From positions 67,258-131,257 of the forward strand of contig DLGD01000007.1 in NCBI GenBank assembly GCA_002482505.1: a stretch of 64,000 bases of DNA. Reading direction: 5' to 3'. The DNA is from Christensenella sp. UBA7703 (GTDB taxonomy: Bacteria; Bacillota; Clostridia; Christensenellales; CAG-138). Positions 54,838 to 63,604 of the stretch are shown piece after piece; position 1 is the stretch's first letter, and the number at the start of each line of letters is the position of its first letter. A program made the position numbers and the translations under genes. The notes under the pieces are model-generated. The model worked only from the letters and a program-made list of their open reading frames with translations, made no database searches and was not told where the DNA came from.

Positions 54838-54894
54838 AAAACCTTTTTAGATCACCCACTGATCTATTTAAAACATCACTAGCTTTTCCTTGTT

Positions 54895-55104
54895 CTACAT
54901 TGCGCTCGTAATGATTTCTTCGATGTTTTTATCAAGACTCACGTTGGCTATACCAGCCCACTGCCGATACACCTCCCACTGGTCGAGTAGAGCGCCAAGC
55001 GGCATGAGCCAAACTTCACGCTCTGACCGCCCGAGAAGAGTCACCCCGTAAAAGATCAGTCGGGCAAACAGCTCTTCGTCGCTTGCCCGACCAACACGTT
55101 TTTT
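54895..55104 (-). CDS. -1 programmed-frameshift extension producing the tail assembly chaperone GT fusion
   Basis: Slippery heptamer A_AAA_AAC (55104-55098) sits in the correct phase near the end of the G frame. The -1 frame is open for 67 codons (RVGRASDEELFARLIFYG...EVWLMPLGALLDQWEVYRQW...) to a TAG at 54897-54895. Confidence 0.8.
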   Translation of the reverse strand, partial: KKRVGRASDEELFARLIFYGVTLLGRSEREVWLMPLGALLDQWEVYRQWAGIANVSLDKNIEEIITSAM

Positions 55105-55469
55105 GAGGGTTCCTCCTCGCTTTCGACATAGCGCTTCGTCCCCTTGACCATCGCTTCCATGATCGCGGTTTTATAACCGGAAAGATCCAGTGGCGTGGTG
55201 AGAAGCTCAACCGCTTCCTCGGTCAAAAGCTCGCGTTTATCGTCCGGCTCAAGCAGGTTATGCACGAGAGTACTCTGGTTCGCGAGCAGCGTGATCAGCC
55301 ACACCACCTCGTCCAACGCGAGCTCAAAGTTCTCCGCCTTCATTAGCTTGTCGCCAAGGTGCTCCAGCCCGCCGTAACGCTTCGCGATCTCTTTTGTCGC
55401 GCGGGTGGTCAGAAGCATTTCATACTCCCGATTCCCGATAAGGATCATAGCGCCTCTGTCGTTTTCCAT
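55056..55469 (-). CDS. tail assembly chaperone (gpG-like)
   Basis: 137-aa acidic protein directly downstream of the major tail gene. It carries the slippery site near its 3' end. Confidence 0.8.
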   Translation of the reverse strand: MENDRGAMILIGNREYEMLLTTRATKEIAKRYGGLEHLGDKLMKAENFELALDEVVWLITLLANQSTLVHNLLEPDDKRELLTEEAVELLTTPLDLSGYKTAIMEAMVKGTKRYVESEEEPSKNVLVGQATKSCLPD

Positions 55470-55472
55470 CTG

Positions 55473-56063
55473 TTAACCCTCCGCCGCAAATGTCGGCTCG
55501 TAGACCTGCGTGTACCAACCCGAGATCGTCGCCGCCGGTACGCTTGTATCGTCCTCGTTGACTTCCGACTTCCACGGGTGCTTGCCCTGACCATCCAACT
55601 TATTGCGCCGGATGATTGTTCCTTCAATCGACGGGGTCGAAAACGTAATGTTATCGCCCTTCGTCTGCAGGTTCGTCGCGGGAATACCGAACACGACACG
55701 ATAGAGCCAAAAGTAGCGGTATTTGCCGTTGCTTTTCTTCGCACGGAAACCGATCGCGACAGGTTGGCCACCGTTCTCGCTCTGCGAAACCAGCACCTTA
55801 TTATCGTCGATCTGTGAACCGGTCAGATCGCTCGCAACCGCCGCGCCAATGTTGTCTATGCCCAGCGTCAGCGTGCCACTCTTGAACTCCTTGACCACCT
55901 CGGCCGCGCCATCGTCGGCATATAACGTCGCCTCGTTGATATCGATCTTCAGTTCCGCAGACATCGCCTTGGCGAGCGAAACGGGCGCGGCGTAAGTCTC
56001 GTCGCCGTTCGTCCCCTCGGTGATCTTCGCGTAATACAGTTTATCCAATCCGATGGTTGCCAT
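55473..56063 (-). CDS. major tail protein (phi13 family)
   Basis: MATIGLDKLYYAKITEGTNGDETYAAPVSLAKAMSAELKID... is a typical phi13-family N-terminus. Confidence 0.8.
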   Translation of the reverse strand: MATIGLDKLYYAKITEGTNGDETYAAPVSLAKAMSAELKIDINEATLYADDGAAEVVKEFKSGTLTLGIDNIGAAVASDLTGSQIDDNKVLVSQSENGGQPVAIGFRAKKSNGKYRYFWLYRVVFGIPATNLQTKGDNITFSTPSIEGTIIRRNKLDGQGKHPWKSEVNEDDTSVPAATISGWYTQVYEPTFAAEG

Positions 56064-56405
56064 CTAATCTTCCTCCATATACTCCTTCGCCACGTCGATG
56101 GCAAATTGGTGATAGCCCGAGTCCTCTTCCAGCCCGATATAGCGGCGTTCGGATACCAGAAATCCCGCCGTGAGCAGTAGCCGAACGAGCTGTCGCTTTT
56201 TCGCGCCGTAATTACCCTTTGAAAAGAGCGACAGCCGCGCTTCTTCGATGTTCATGCCCGGCGCATTGTCCGAAAACAGCTCAAAGTGCTCCGAAATCGG
56301 TGTGATCACGACGTACTCGTCCGGCGCGGCGGTAGAGAAAACGCCGGTCTCTACAGGAAGTCCGGCGCTCTCGACGATCGTATTCAGTTCTTCCAGCATA
56401 CTCAC
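56064..56405 (-). CDS. tail terminator / tail completion protein (positional)
   Basis: 113-aa ORF immediately upstream of the major tail gene, translationally coupled on both sides. Confidence 0.5.
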   Translation of the reverse strand: MSMLEELNTIVESAGLPVETGVFSTAAPDEYVVITPISEHFELFSDNAPGMNIEEARLSLFSKGNYGAKKRQLVRLLLTAGFLVSERRYIGLEEDSGYHQFAIDVAKEYMEED

Positions 56406-56830
56406 AGGAGATCCAGTTCCTCCTTCAGCACCGACTGCATCGCCTCGATACAGGGTTTCCGGCTCGAGGACTTGCTCTGCTTCAAAAACGGCTTCGGTGG
56501 CTGACCGTGTTTACCATATTCCAGTACGTTCGCGAGCATGGCGTTGCTCACTTCACCGCGTCCCTCCGAAAAGCCAACTTTCACGTCGAGATTGCCATCG
56601 CGATCCAGCTTTGCGGGTGATACACCAAGCGATGCTGCAAGCTTGCCGGTCGAGCGGGATTTATATTTCGCGCCTCGCCCGATCACTGCTTGCAGGTTTG
56701 ATTTCATCTTTTGCATGACGACCTTACCGCCCGCAGCGAGTGCTTTGGGAATCGCCGCGTCGAGCGCGTTGCCCATGCCTGCTATCTGGTTCAAGAATTC
56801 GTCAGGCATTTCGATCTTCACCTTAGCCAT
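56402..56830 (-). CDS. HK97 gp10-family neck protein
   Basis: MAKVKIEMPDEFLNQI...KSRSTGKLAASL matches the gp10-family pattern. Position supports the call. Confidence 0.65.
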   Translation of the reverse strand: MAKVKIEMPDEFLNQIAGMGNALDAAIPKALAAGGKVVMQKMKSNLQAVIGRGAKYKSRSTGKLAASLGVSPAKLDRDGNLDVKVGFSEGRGEVSNAMLANVLEYGKHGQPPKPFLKQSKSSSRKPCIEAMQSVLKEELDLL

Positions 56831-57155
56831 CTGCCGTCACCTTCTTTGCCAACACTTCGAGATACATTCCTCTGCCTTTCACATCCTCGATGGACGTGAT
56901 TTCAAAACGATCATCGCCGCAGAGGATTACGTGCGCCGTGGTTACGTTTAGGGTCGGGATGATACGAAACCGGAACAAATCCGTCGCCTCTGAAAAGGCG
57001 GCGCGGTTAACCCATTTCTGAGAACCGTGCCGCCCTTCCCTATAAGCAAATGCCGAAATCAAAACCTGATCGGTCTTTGTCGCGAATCCCTCCGCATCCT
57101 TTGTCACGACTTCCCGCGCGATGGAGATCAGCGTGTTCATCTTGCCGTAACTCAT
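56823..57155 (-). CDS. head closure / head-tail adaptor protein (SPP1 gp16-like)
   Basis: MSYGKMNTLISI...RFRIIP...FEITSIEDV matches the family pattern. Start set at M6. Confidence 0.65.
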   Translation of the reverse strand: MSYGKMNTLISIAREVVTKDAEGFATKTDQVLISAFAYREGRHGSQKWVNRAAFSEATDLFRFRIIPTLNVTTAHVILCGDDRFEITSIEDVKGRGMYLEVLAKKVTADG

Positions 57156-57469
57156 GAACCCACCTTCCAATCACGATCGAGGCGAAGCAGCGTGTTCACC
57201 GAGTTCCATACTTGCTGCCCCGCCTGCACATTGTCCGCAAAGAACCCGCCCGTGCTGCCGTCCCGGCTCTCATAGAAATGAGATGCCAGCATGATCACCG
57301 CAGCCTCGGTTGTTGGCGGCATACCCGCCACTTCGTATGTTCCGGCGGTCAAGTGCTGGTAGCTCTCGGCATAGGACACTGCGGCGTTAATCAGTCGCTG
57401 AAGGAGTTCATCATCCGCGTCATGCGTCAGGATCAGGTTCTCTTTAACCTTACTCAGCAGCGTCGCCAT
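57152..57469 (-). CDS. gp6-like head-tail connector protein
   Basis: MATLLSKVKENLILTHDADDELLQRLINAAVSYAE is a typical family N-terminus. Start set at M27. Confidence 0.7.
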   Translation of the reverse strand: MATLLSKVKENLILTHDADDELLQRLINAAVSYAESYQHLTAGTYEVAGMPPTTEAAVIMLASHFYESRDGSTGGFFADNVQAGQQVWNSVNTLLRLDRDWKVGS

Positions 57470-57473
57470 TTCC

Positions 57474-57770
57474 TTAAGACGCGCCCGCTTCGTCCGCCGC
57501 CATAATACCCGCGTTCTTGAGCCTTTGCAGTAATGCGTTGAGGTCACTCTTCAAATCGGCGATAGACGAGGCATTACTCGAAGCTTGATTTGCTGCTTGA
57601 TACACGCTGCCAGCCGTTTGCTCGGTCGCGTATCCCGATTGCAGGCCGGTGACGGTGGCGGTATCCAAAACCTCCAGAGTACCGCCAATCACCAACCGAT
57701 CTCCGCCGTCGGTGAGATAGTTCTTACAGTTGCGCGTGACGTCGCCCGCCGGGGTATCAATGATTTCCAT
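57474..57770 (-). CDS. small head-associated hypothetical protein
   Basis: 98-aa ORF between the MCP and connector genes. Confidence 0.5.
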   Translation of the reverse strand: MEIIDTPAGDVTRNCKNYLTDGGDRLVIGGTLEVLDTATVTGLQSGYATEQTAGSVYQAANQASSNASSIADLKSDLNALLQRLKNAGIMAADEAGAS

Positions 57771-57782
57771 GTGCGCCCTCCG

Positions 57783-58982
57783 CTATGCCTTCTGCTGCAG
57801 GACCTTGATCGCTTCGGGTAGAATCAGCTTGCCGTCGAGACGCTGGGAAGCAAGGAATCCGACCTGACCGGTGGTCGCGTATAGCTCGTTCAGGCGCTTG
57901 AAGGTGCGGCCTTGACGGTCGGCGATCCAATAGTAGGAGAAGTCGCCGAACGCGATAGACTTGTTCCCCGCCGCGACGGATGGCATGAACTCACTCGTCA
58001 CGATGCGGTGGCCGAGGATCGTGTCCGGCGCGTTTTCCGTGATGCCCGGGCGCCAGAGGTACTGGCCGTCGCCGTCCTTGAGCTTGCGCAGGAGCTTTAC
58101 GGTCGTGTCGTTGAGAACGAACACAGCGCCCTTGCGGTACGGTGCGCGGAGCGAGTACACAAGGTCGATCAGCTCGTCGCCCGTGATCGCGGCGACACCC
58201 GTCGTGGTGACCCCGACCTCCGCACCGCCGGTCGTGTGAAGAATGCCGATGGGTTTGCTCACACCGTTGCCGTTGAGAAACGCGTCCTCTTCCTTGTCGC
58301 CGATGCGTTTGCCGAATTGCTCCGACACATACCTTTCGATGTCGAAAATGCTGTCAGAGAGCAGTTCTTCGGACACCTTGATCATGGTAGCAAGCTTGTA
58401 CGCGCCGAGGACGATCTGCGAGAAGGAGTCATCCGACAGCGGATAGGTGCCCTCTTCATCGACCCAGTCAGCGGTGCCCTTCGACGCAACCACGGGAATC
58501 TTCCGATCGCCATAACTGGTCTGGATCACATGACAGAGCGGACGCAGCACGTTCGCTTCCGTCAGCTTCTGAACCAATGTGCGCTCGAACTCATCGGGAA
58601 CAAGGTATCCGCCCTCGCTGTCTGTGCCCTCTTGGAGCGCGTTCAGAATCTCCGTTCGGGGGTTCTTGGAACGGATCGCGTTCCAGAACGCTTTCTTGTA
58701 CTCGGTAGTCGCGCGGCCAGTCTTCTGCTCCGCATTTGTTTGCGCAGGCTTGCTGGTCAGCGGGTCGGCAGTGGGCTTGTTCAGTTCCGCGTCAAGTGCG
58801 ACCTGACGTTCCAGTCGCTCGACCTCTTTGCCGAGAGCTATGACCTCGGCTTCCATCTTTTCGTATGCGCCTGCGTCCTCGGCGGAGAGCAGGCCATCCG
58901 TGCCGCGCTTGACGTCCAGAAATGCCTTTGCGGCATCCCATTTCTTCGCGCGATTTTCGCGCAGTTGCAAAATCGTATTCAT
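57783..58982 (-). CDS. major capsid protein, HK97 family
   Basis: 399 aa with an N-terminal coiled-coil delta-like region and an HK97-type core. It follows the ClpP-like protease gene. Confidence 0.9.
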   Translation of the reverse strand: MNTILQLRENRAKKWDAAKAFLDVKRGTDGLLSAEDAGAYEKMEAEVIALGKEVERLERQVALDAELNKPTADPLTSKPAQTNAEQKTGRATTEYKKAFWNAIRSKNPRTEILNALQEGTDSEGGYLVPDEFERTLVQKLTEANVLRPLCHVIQTSYGDRKIPVVASKGTADWVDEEGTYPLSDDSFSQIVLGAYKLATMIKVSEELLSDSIFDIERYVSEQFGKRIGDKEEDAFLNGNGVSKPIGILHTTGGAEVGVTTTGVAAITGDELIDLVYSLRAPYRKGAVFVLNDTTVKLLRKLKDGDGQYLWRPGITENAPDTILGHRIVTSEFMPSVAAGNKSIAFGDFSYYWIADRQGRTFKRLNELYATTGQVGFLASQRLDGKLILPEAIKVLQQKA

Positions 58983-58992
58983 TCGTTTCCTC

Positions 58993-59730
58993 CTAATGTG
59001 AAATCAAAGAAAGCCGCTGGTAAAGCGGCTCCGCAGGGTATCTCGGTTCAGTTGTTTGATGGGCGGTTGTCTCTTCCGTTACAGATGCCTTACTCGCCTG
59101 TTTTCGCTGCACTTTGTTCAGTAGCGAATTTGTGACTGCACGGCGGGAGAAGCTGAACACCACATCGTCGGATTGGGTATGTTTCTTTTCATCCGTCAGA
59201 ATGCCATCCACAAAGCCAAGTTCAATCGCCTTGTTTGCGTTCATCCACGTTTCCGCGTCCATGAGGTGCGCTAGCTTCGCGCGGGACATGCCCGTTCTCA
59301 GCTCATAAGCGTTGATGATGCTCTCCTTGACCTCATCCAGCATTGCGATAGCTTTCTGCATTTCTTCGCTGTCGCCGATTGCTACCGTCAGCGGATTGTG
59401 GATCATGAGCAAACTCGTCGGTGCCATAAGCACCTCGGTACCCGCCATAGCGATGACCGATGCTGCGCTTGCCGCGATACCGTCGATCTTGACCGTGATA
59501 TGTCCCTTGTAGTCCATGAGCATGGTGTAGATTTGGCTCGCCGCCACACAGTCGCCGCCCGGGCTGTTGATCCAAATCACAACGTCACCCGCTCCGGCAT
59601 TCAGTTCGTCCCTGAACATCCTTGGGGTGACATCGTCTTCAAACCAGCTCTCTTCGGCGATCGTGCCGTTCAATGTCAGTGTTCGGGTGCCGTCTTCGTT
59701 TCGCACCCAGTTCCAGAACCTTCTGTTCAA
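58993..59730 (-). CDS. prohead maturation protease (ClpP/S14 family)
   Basis: INSPGGDCVAASQIY...GIAASAASVIAMAG...MIHNP are ClpP-fold Ser/His region motifs. Confidence 0.9.
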   Translation of the reverse strand: MNRRFWNWVRNEDGTRTLTLNGTIAEESWFEDDVTPRMFRDELNAGAGDVVIWINSPGGDCVAASQIYTMLMDYKGHITVKIDGIAASAASVIAMAGTEVLMAPTSLLMIHNPLTVAIGDSEEMQKAIAMLDEVKESIINAYELRTGMSRAKLAHLMDAETWMNANKAIELGFVDGILTDEKKHTQSDDVVFSFSRRAVTNSLLNKVQRKQASKASVTEETTAHQTTEPRYPAEPLYQRLSLISH

Positions 59731-60986
59731 GCGGAATCCTCCTTTTTGTATTGTGTCCCCGCAAACAAGCCCGCATCCTCCAGCTTCGTCATGGCTCCAT
59801 TGATCAGGTACAGATCGCCGCCGAGATCGGACGAAATGCGATCGAGGTTTTCCAGCTCGCGGATGTCGTTTGCGCTCATCCAGCCGTTCTGCCGCGCGGT
59901 GGCATACCCAGTCATTCGGGAGGCATAGTCACCGCGCAGAAGTCCGTCGACATTGAACCGGATGAAGTATTCCGGCTTTTCACTCTCGCTGAACAGTACG
60001 CGGCACATGCTCTGTTCCCAGCGCACCACCCAAGGGTCTAGTGTGTATTTCACGAACTCCAGCGACTGCTGCTCAATGTTGCTGAACGACGATTTCTCCA
60101 AGTCCGCCAGCATGTGCGGCGGCACACGGAAGATACGCGCGATCTCATTGATCTGAAACTTGCGCGTTTCCAAAAACTGCGCCTGCTCCGGCGCGATCCC
60201 GATGGGCGTATACTTCATGCCCTCTTCGAGCACTGCGATCTTGTGTGCATTCGCGCTGCCCTGATATGCCGAGTTCCAGCTTTCTTTTACCCGAAGCGGA
60301 TCCTTGATCGTGCCTGGATGTTCCAGCACGCCTGCCGGAGCCGCGCCATTAGCGAAGAACTTAGCGCCGTACTCCTCTGTTGCGATGGCCAAACCGATCG
60401 CGTTTTTTGCCATGGCGATCGGACTGTAGCCGATCAAACCGTCGAAGCCTAGCCCGGGGATGTGCAGCACATCCGAGGTAGGAAGCGTCACCTGACTTGA
60501 TTTGCCGAGCGTGGTCGGGTCCTCCGACCCACGCTGATACAAATAAAAAAGCCGGCCGCTTTGATCACGGTCGACTGTCATTTTGTTCGGCATGAGCGGG
60601 TAGAGCGCGATCACCTCGCCTCTTGCGTTTCGGATGATCTGTGCGTAGGCATTACCCCACAGAAGCAGGTGGCTCATGAGCGTTTCCCGAAACGCGAAGC
60701 TCGTCATCTCGGGGTTCGGTTCGTCATGCAACAACCGATAGAGCGGATGCTTGAACGCCTTCTCTTTTCCGCCGCTGTCGTTATATCGATAAACGTTGAG
60801 CGGCAGCCCCGCAACGGTCTCCGACAGAATCCTCACGCACGAGTACACCGCCGTCATCTGCATGGCGGTCGTTTCGTTCACCGGCTTCCCGCTCGATGTG
60901 CCACCGAATAAGAAACTATAGCGGCTTCCGTTAAGAGAGTCCTTCGGCTTATCGCGAGAGCGGAACAAGGATCTGAGTGGATTCAT
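59727..60986 (-). CDS. portal protein, HK97 family
   Basis: Start set at M30 (RBS ggagg). The sequence is HK97-portal-like throughout, and the gene lies between TerL and the protease. Confidence 0.85.
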   Translation of the reverse strand: MNPLRSLFRSRDKPKDSLNGSRYSFLFGGTSSGKPVNETTAMQMTAVYSCVRILSETVAGLPLNVYRYNDSGGKEKAFKHPLYRLLHDEPNPEMTSFAFRETLMSHLLLWGNAYAQIIRNARGEVIALYPLMPNKMTVDRDQSGRLFYLYQRGSEDPTTLGKSSQVTLPTSDVLHIPGLGFDGLIGYSPIAMAKNAIGLAIATEEYGAKFFANGAAPAGVLEHPGTIKDPLRVKESWNSAYQGSANAHKIAVLEEGMKYTPIGIAPEQAQFLETRKFQINEIARIFRVPPHMLADLEKSSFSNIEQQSLEFVKYTLDPWVVRWEQSMCRVLFSESEKPEYFIRFNVDGLLRGDYASRMTGYATARQNGWMSANDIRELENLDRISSDLGGDLYLINGAMTKLEDAGLFAGTQYKKEDSA

Positions 60987-61093
60987 GAACGTCCTCCAAG
61001 CATTGGAATGATTGACATCTTGTAGATAGTAGGTTACAGTGACAGTTGTGCGGTGCAAATCTGCAGCGCGCAATATTATAAATGAGGTATTAG

Positions 61094-61396
61094 ATGTACA
61101 ACGACAAGACCATCGTCTGCAAAGATTGCGGACAAGAATTCACCTTTACTGCCAACGAACAAGAGTTTTTCGCCGAGAAAGGCTTTACGAATGAACCGCA
61201 GCGTTGCAAATCCTGCCGGGTTGCACGCAAGGGTAACTCCAGTGGCGGTTCCCGCGACGGCGGCTACCGTGACAATGCCCCCCGCCAGATGTACGATGCG
61301 GTTTGCGCACAGTGCGGAAAACCCTGTCAGGTTCCGTTCCAACCCCGCACCGACCGTCCGGTCATGTGCAGCGATTGCTTCAGAAGCAACAGGTAA
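61094..61396 (+). CDS. double CxxC zinc-ribbon protein (CxxC-x17-CxxC family), opposite-strand moron
   Basis: MYNDKTIVCKDCGQEFTFTANEQEFFAEKGFTNEPQRCKSCR plus a second CAQCG...CSDC pair. It has its own terminator. Confidence 0.8.
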   Translation: MYNDKTIVCKDCGQEFTFTANEQEFFAEKGFTNEPQRCKSCRVARKGNSSGGSRDGGYRDNAPRQMYDAVCAQCGKPCQVPFQPRTDRPVMCSDCFRSNR

Positions 61397-61400
61397 TTTC

Positions 61401-61430
61401 AAAGGCACATCCTTAACCGGATGTGCCTTT
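61401..61430. terminator. bidirectional hairpin terminator between the zinc-ribbon gene and the TerL 3' end
   Basis: aaaggcacatcc-ttaacc-ggatgtgccttt, a perfect 12-bp stem. Confidence 0.75.
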
Positions 61431-61431
61431 T

Positions 61432-63063
61432 CTAAATCAATAGTAAACCTCGCCCGTCATATACGCTCGAGTTTTCAAGTCCACCATTCCTCAATGCCCG
61501 ATCCAGCGCCATGATCGTCGCAACAGCACCGTCGATTTTCTCGGTGCTTTTTTCTTTGTCCGGCTTTATGTTCCCCGCCGGGTCGGTGCGGATATAGATG
61601 TTGTCCATCATCCAGCGCAAGGCCGGCTGACCGCCGTGCGCAATCTTCTGCTCCAGCGTCAACTTCATGAGCTCCTTCGTCGGTGGCGACATGTCCTTGA
61701 ACCCCTGCCCAAATGGAACGACCGTGAACCCCATTCCTTCAAGATTTTGCACCATCTGCACCGCGCCCCAGCGGTCAAACGCGATCTCACGGATGTTGTA
61801 CTTTTTCCCAAGCTGCTCGATGAACGTCTCGATGAAGCCGTAATGCACGACGTTCCCTTCGGTCGTCAGCAGGAAGCCCTGCTTCTGCCAAAGGTCATAA
61901 TTCACATGATCGCGCCGCACACGCAGGTCGATGTTTTCCTCAGGGATCCAGAAGAACGGCAAGACAAAGTACTTGTCATCTTCATCCACCGGCGGAAACA
62001 CGAGCACAAATGCCGTGATATCCGTACTGGACGAAAGATCGAGGCCGCCGTAGCAGACCCTGCCTTCGAGCGATTTAGGGTCAACCGGAAACGCACATTT
62101 ATCCCAAGCATCCATCGGCATCCAGCGAATCGCCTGTTTGACCCATTGGTTTAAACGAAGCTGCCGAAACGCATTCTCCTCGGCAGGATTCTGTTGCGCG
62201 CTTTCACACGCGGCTTTCACCTTTTCGATGCCCACCGTGATCCCCAGTGACGGATTCGCCTTCTTCCACACCTTCGGATCTGTCCATGAATCGTTCTCTT
62301 CGGTACCGTAGATTACCGGATAAAATGTTGGATCGGTTTTCCTGCCGTCAAGAATATCCTTCGCTTTCGAATGTACCTCCCAGCAGATGGAGTTGGTGTT
62401 GTCGCCGGCGGTAGTGATCAGAAAGTAAAGCGGCTGCATCCGCGCGTCGCCGCTGCCCTTGGTCATAACGTCAAAGAGGCGACGGTTCGGTTGCGTGTGC
62501 AACTCATCGAAGATGACGCCATGCGTATTGAATCCGTGCTTGTTGGCTACATCGGCGCTGAGCACCTGATAATAACTTCCGGTCGGCAGGTACACGAGCC
62601 GCTTCTGAGAAGCAAGAATCTTCACGCGCTTTGCCAGCGCAGGGCACGTGGTAACCATGTCCTTGGCTACTTCAAACACGATCGAAGCTTGCTGTCGGTC
62701 TGCTGCGCATCCGTATACTTCGGCGCGTTCTTCGTTATCGCCGCATGTTAATAGCAAAGCGACCGCAGCCGCGAGTTCAGACTTTCCGTTCTTCTTTGGT
62801 ATTTCGATGTACGCCGTGTTGAACTGGCGGTATCCGCTGGGCTTCAGCGTTCCAAACACATCGCGGATGATCTGTTCCTGCCAGTCGATCAGCAGAAACG
62901 GCTTCCCCGCCCATGTACCCTTTGTGTGCGCAAGGCACTCTATGAAAGCGACGGCGTTGTCCGCCGCCTGTTTGTTATATGCCGAGTCCTTCGCTTTGAA
63001 TGGAGTCGGCGTGTACTTCTTCAGCTTCCTAATCACAGCCGCCTCTTTCAAATCAGCAGGCAT
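61432..63063 (-). CDS. terminase large subunit (Terminase_1 family)
   Basis: 543 aa. Walker A-like EIPKKNGKS and a C-terminal nuclease domain. It lies upstream of the portal gene. Confidence 0.9.
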   Translation of the reverse strand: MPADLKEAAVIRKLKKYTPTPFKAKDSAYNKQAADNAVAFIECLAHTKGTWAGKPFLLIDWQEQIIRDVFGTLKPSGYRQFNTAYIEIPKKNGKSELAAAVALLLTCGDNEERAEVYGCAADRQQASIVFEVAKDMVTTCPALAKRVKILASQKRLVYLPTGSYYQVLSADVANKHGFNTHGVIFDELHTQPNRRLFDVMTKGSGDARMQPLYFLITTAGDNTNSICWEVHSKAKDILDGRKTDPTFYPVIYGTEENDSWTDPKVWKKANPSLGITVGIEKVKAACESAQQNPAEENAFRQLRLNQWVKQAIRWMPMDAWDKCAFPVDPKSLEGRVCYGGLDLSSSTDITAFVLVFPPVDEDDKYFVLPFFWIPEENIDLRVRRDHVNYDLWQKQGFLLTTEGNVVHYGFIETFIEQLGKKYNIREIAFDRWGAVQMVQNLEGMGFTVVPFGQGFKDMSPPTKELMKLTLEQKIAHGGQPALRWMMDNIYIRTDPAGNIKPDKEKSTEKIDGAVATIMALDRALRNGGLENSSVYDGRGLLLI

Positions 63064-63109
63064 AAAAAAGAGCCTCCCTTCAGGAAGCTCATGTGGTAGC
63101 CTGTGCGAT

Positions 63110-63361
63110 TTAGTTGTATTCTCTCAGGATCTGCTTGTAAACCGCCTTCACCTGCGCGCCGCTCGGTTTTTTCGACCAGCCTCTGTCGTATTGTACGAAA
63201 AGTTGTCCGTCTTTCCAAATCTCTAACTTCGAAATCCGTCCGCCTGAAATCCCGTACTCCGAGCCTTCGTCGTATTGCTTGATGTAAAAGCTGTACCCGT
63301 CAATCGTTCCTTTGATCCACATTGCTTTGCCCTCCGTGCTTTGTTGTTTGCCTTTCGGCAT
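63110..63361 (-). CDS. small hypothetical phage protein
   Basis: 83-aa ORF upstream of TerL. No motif recognised; it does not look like a small terminase. Confidence 0.5.
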   Translation of the reverse strand: MPKGKQQSTEGKAMWIKGTIDGYSFYIKQYDEGSEYGISGGRISKLEIWKDGQLFVQYDRGWSKKPSGAQVKAVYKQILREYN

Positions 63362-63604
63362 GTGTATCTATCACTCTAGGGGCGTTCAATAGCAAGTGAA
63401 TTCTGTAATAAATCCTAGATATTTTCGTAATAGTCTTGAGTAAGGAACTCATCTGTTTTGAGGGTTGATAGCAAAACACGGAAGCCCGCGTGAGCCTCCG
63501 TGCTCGCTTTGGTTTGCTTCTCAACCGTACTTGGGGCAACCGCCCAATCCGTTTCATAAACGCATCAGTGGCGGCGACGTTGCCCCACGTTGGGATGCTC
63601 AAAA

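Larger units (their letters stand above)
48137..54894 (-). mobile_element. 6.8-kb lower-GC cargo (moron) block inserted between the G/GT chaperone and tape measure genes
   Basis: Bounded by the GT stop (54895) and the TMP RBS/start (48136). It holds six non-structural genes, three internal terminators and its own promoters. Spot GC is about 45-50 % in genes and lower in spacers. Confidence 0.7.

Noticed and set aside
55016-55210. 64-aa ORF overlapping the 3' end of the tail chaperone, a possible gpT part.
   Set aside because: It is in the wrong frame relative to the A_AAA_AAC slippery site. The genuine -1 frame, which has no early Met and so is absent from the ORF track, runs 55104-54895.
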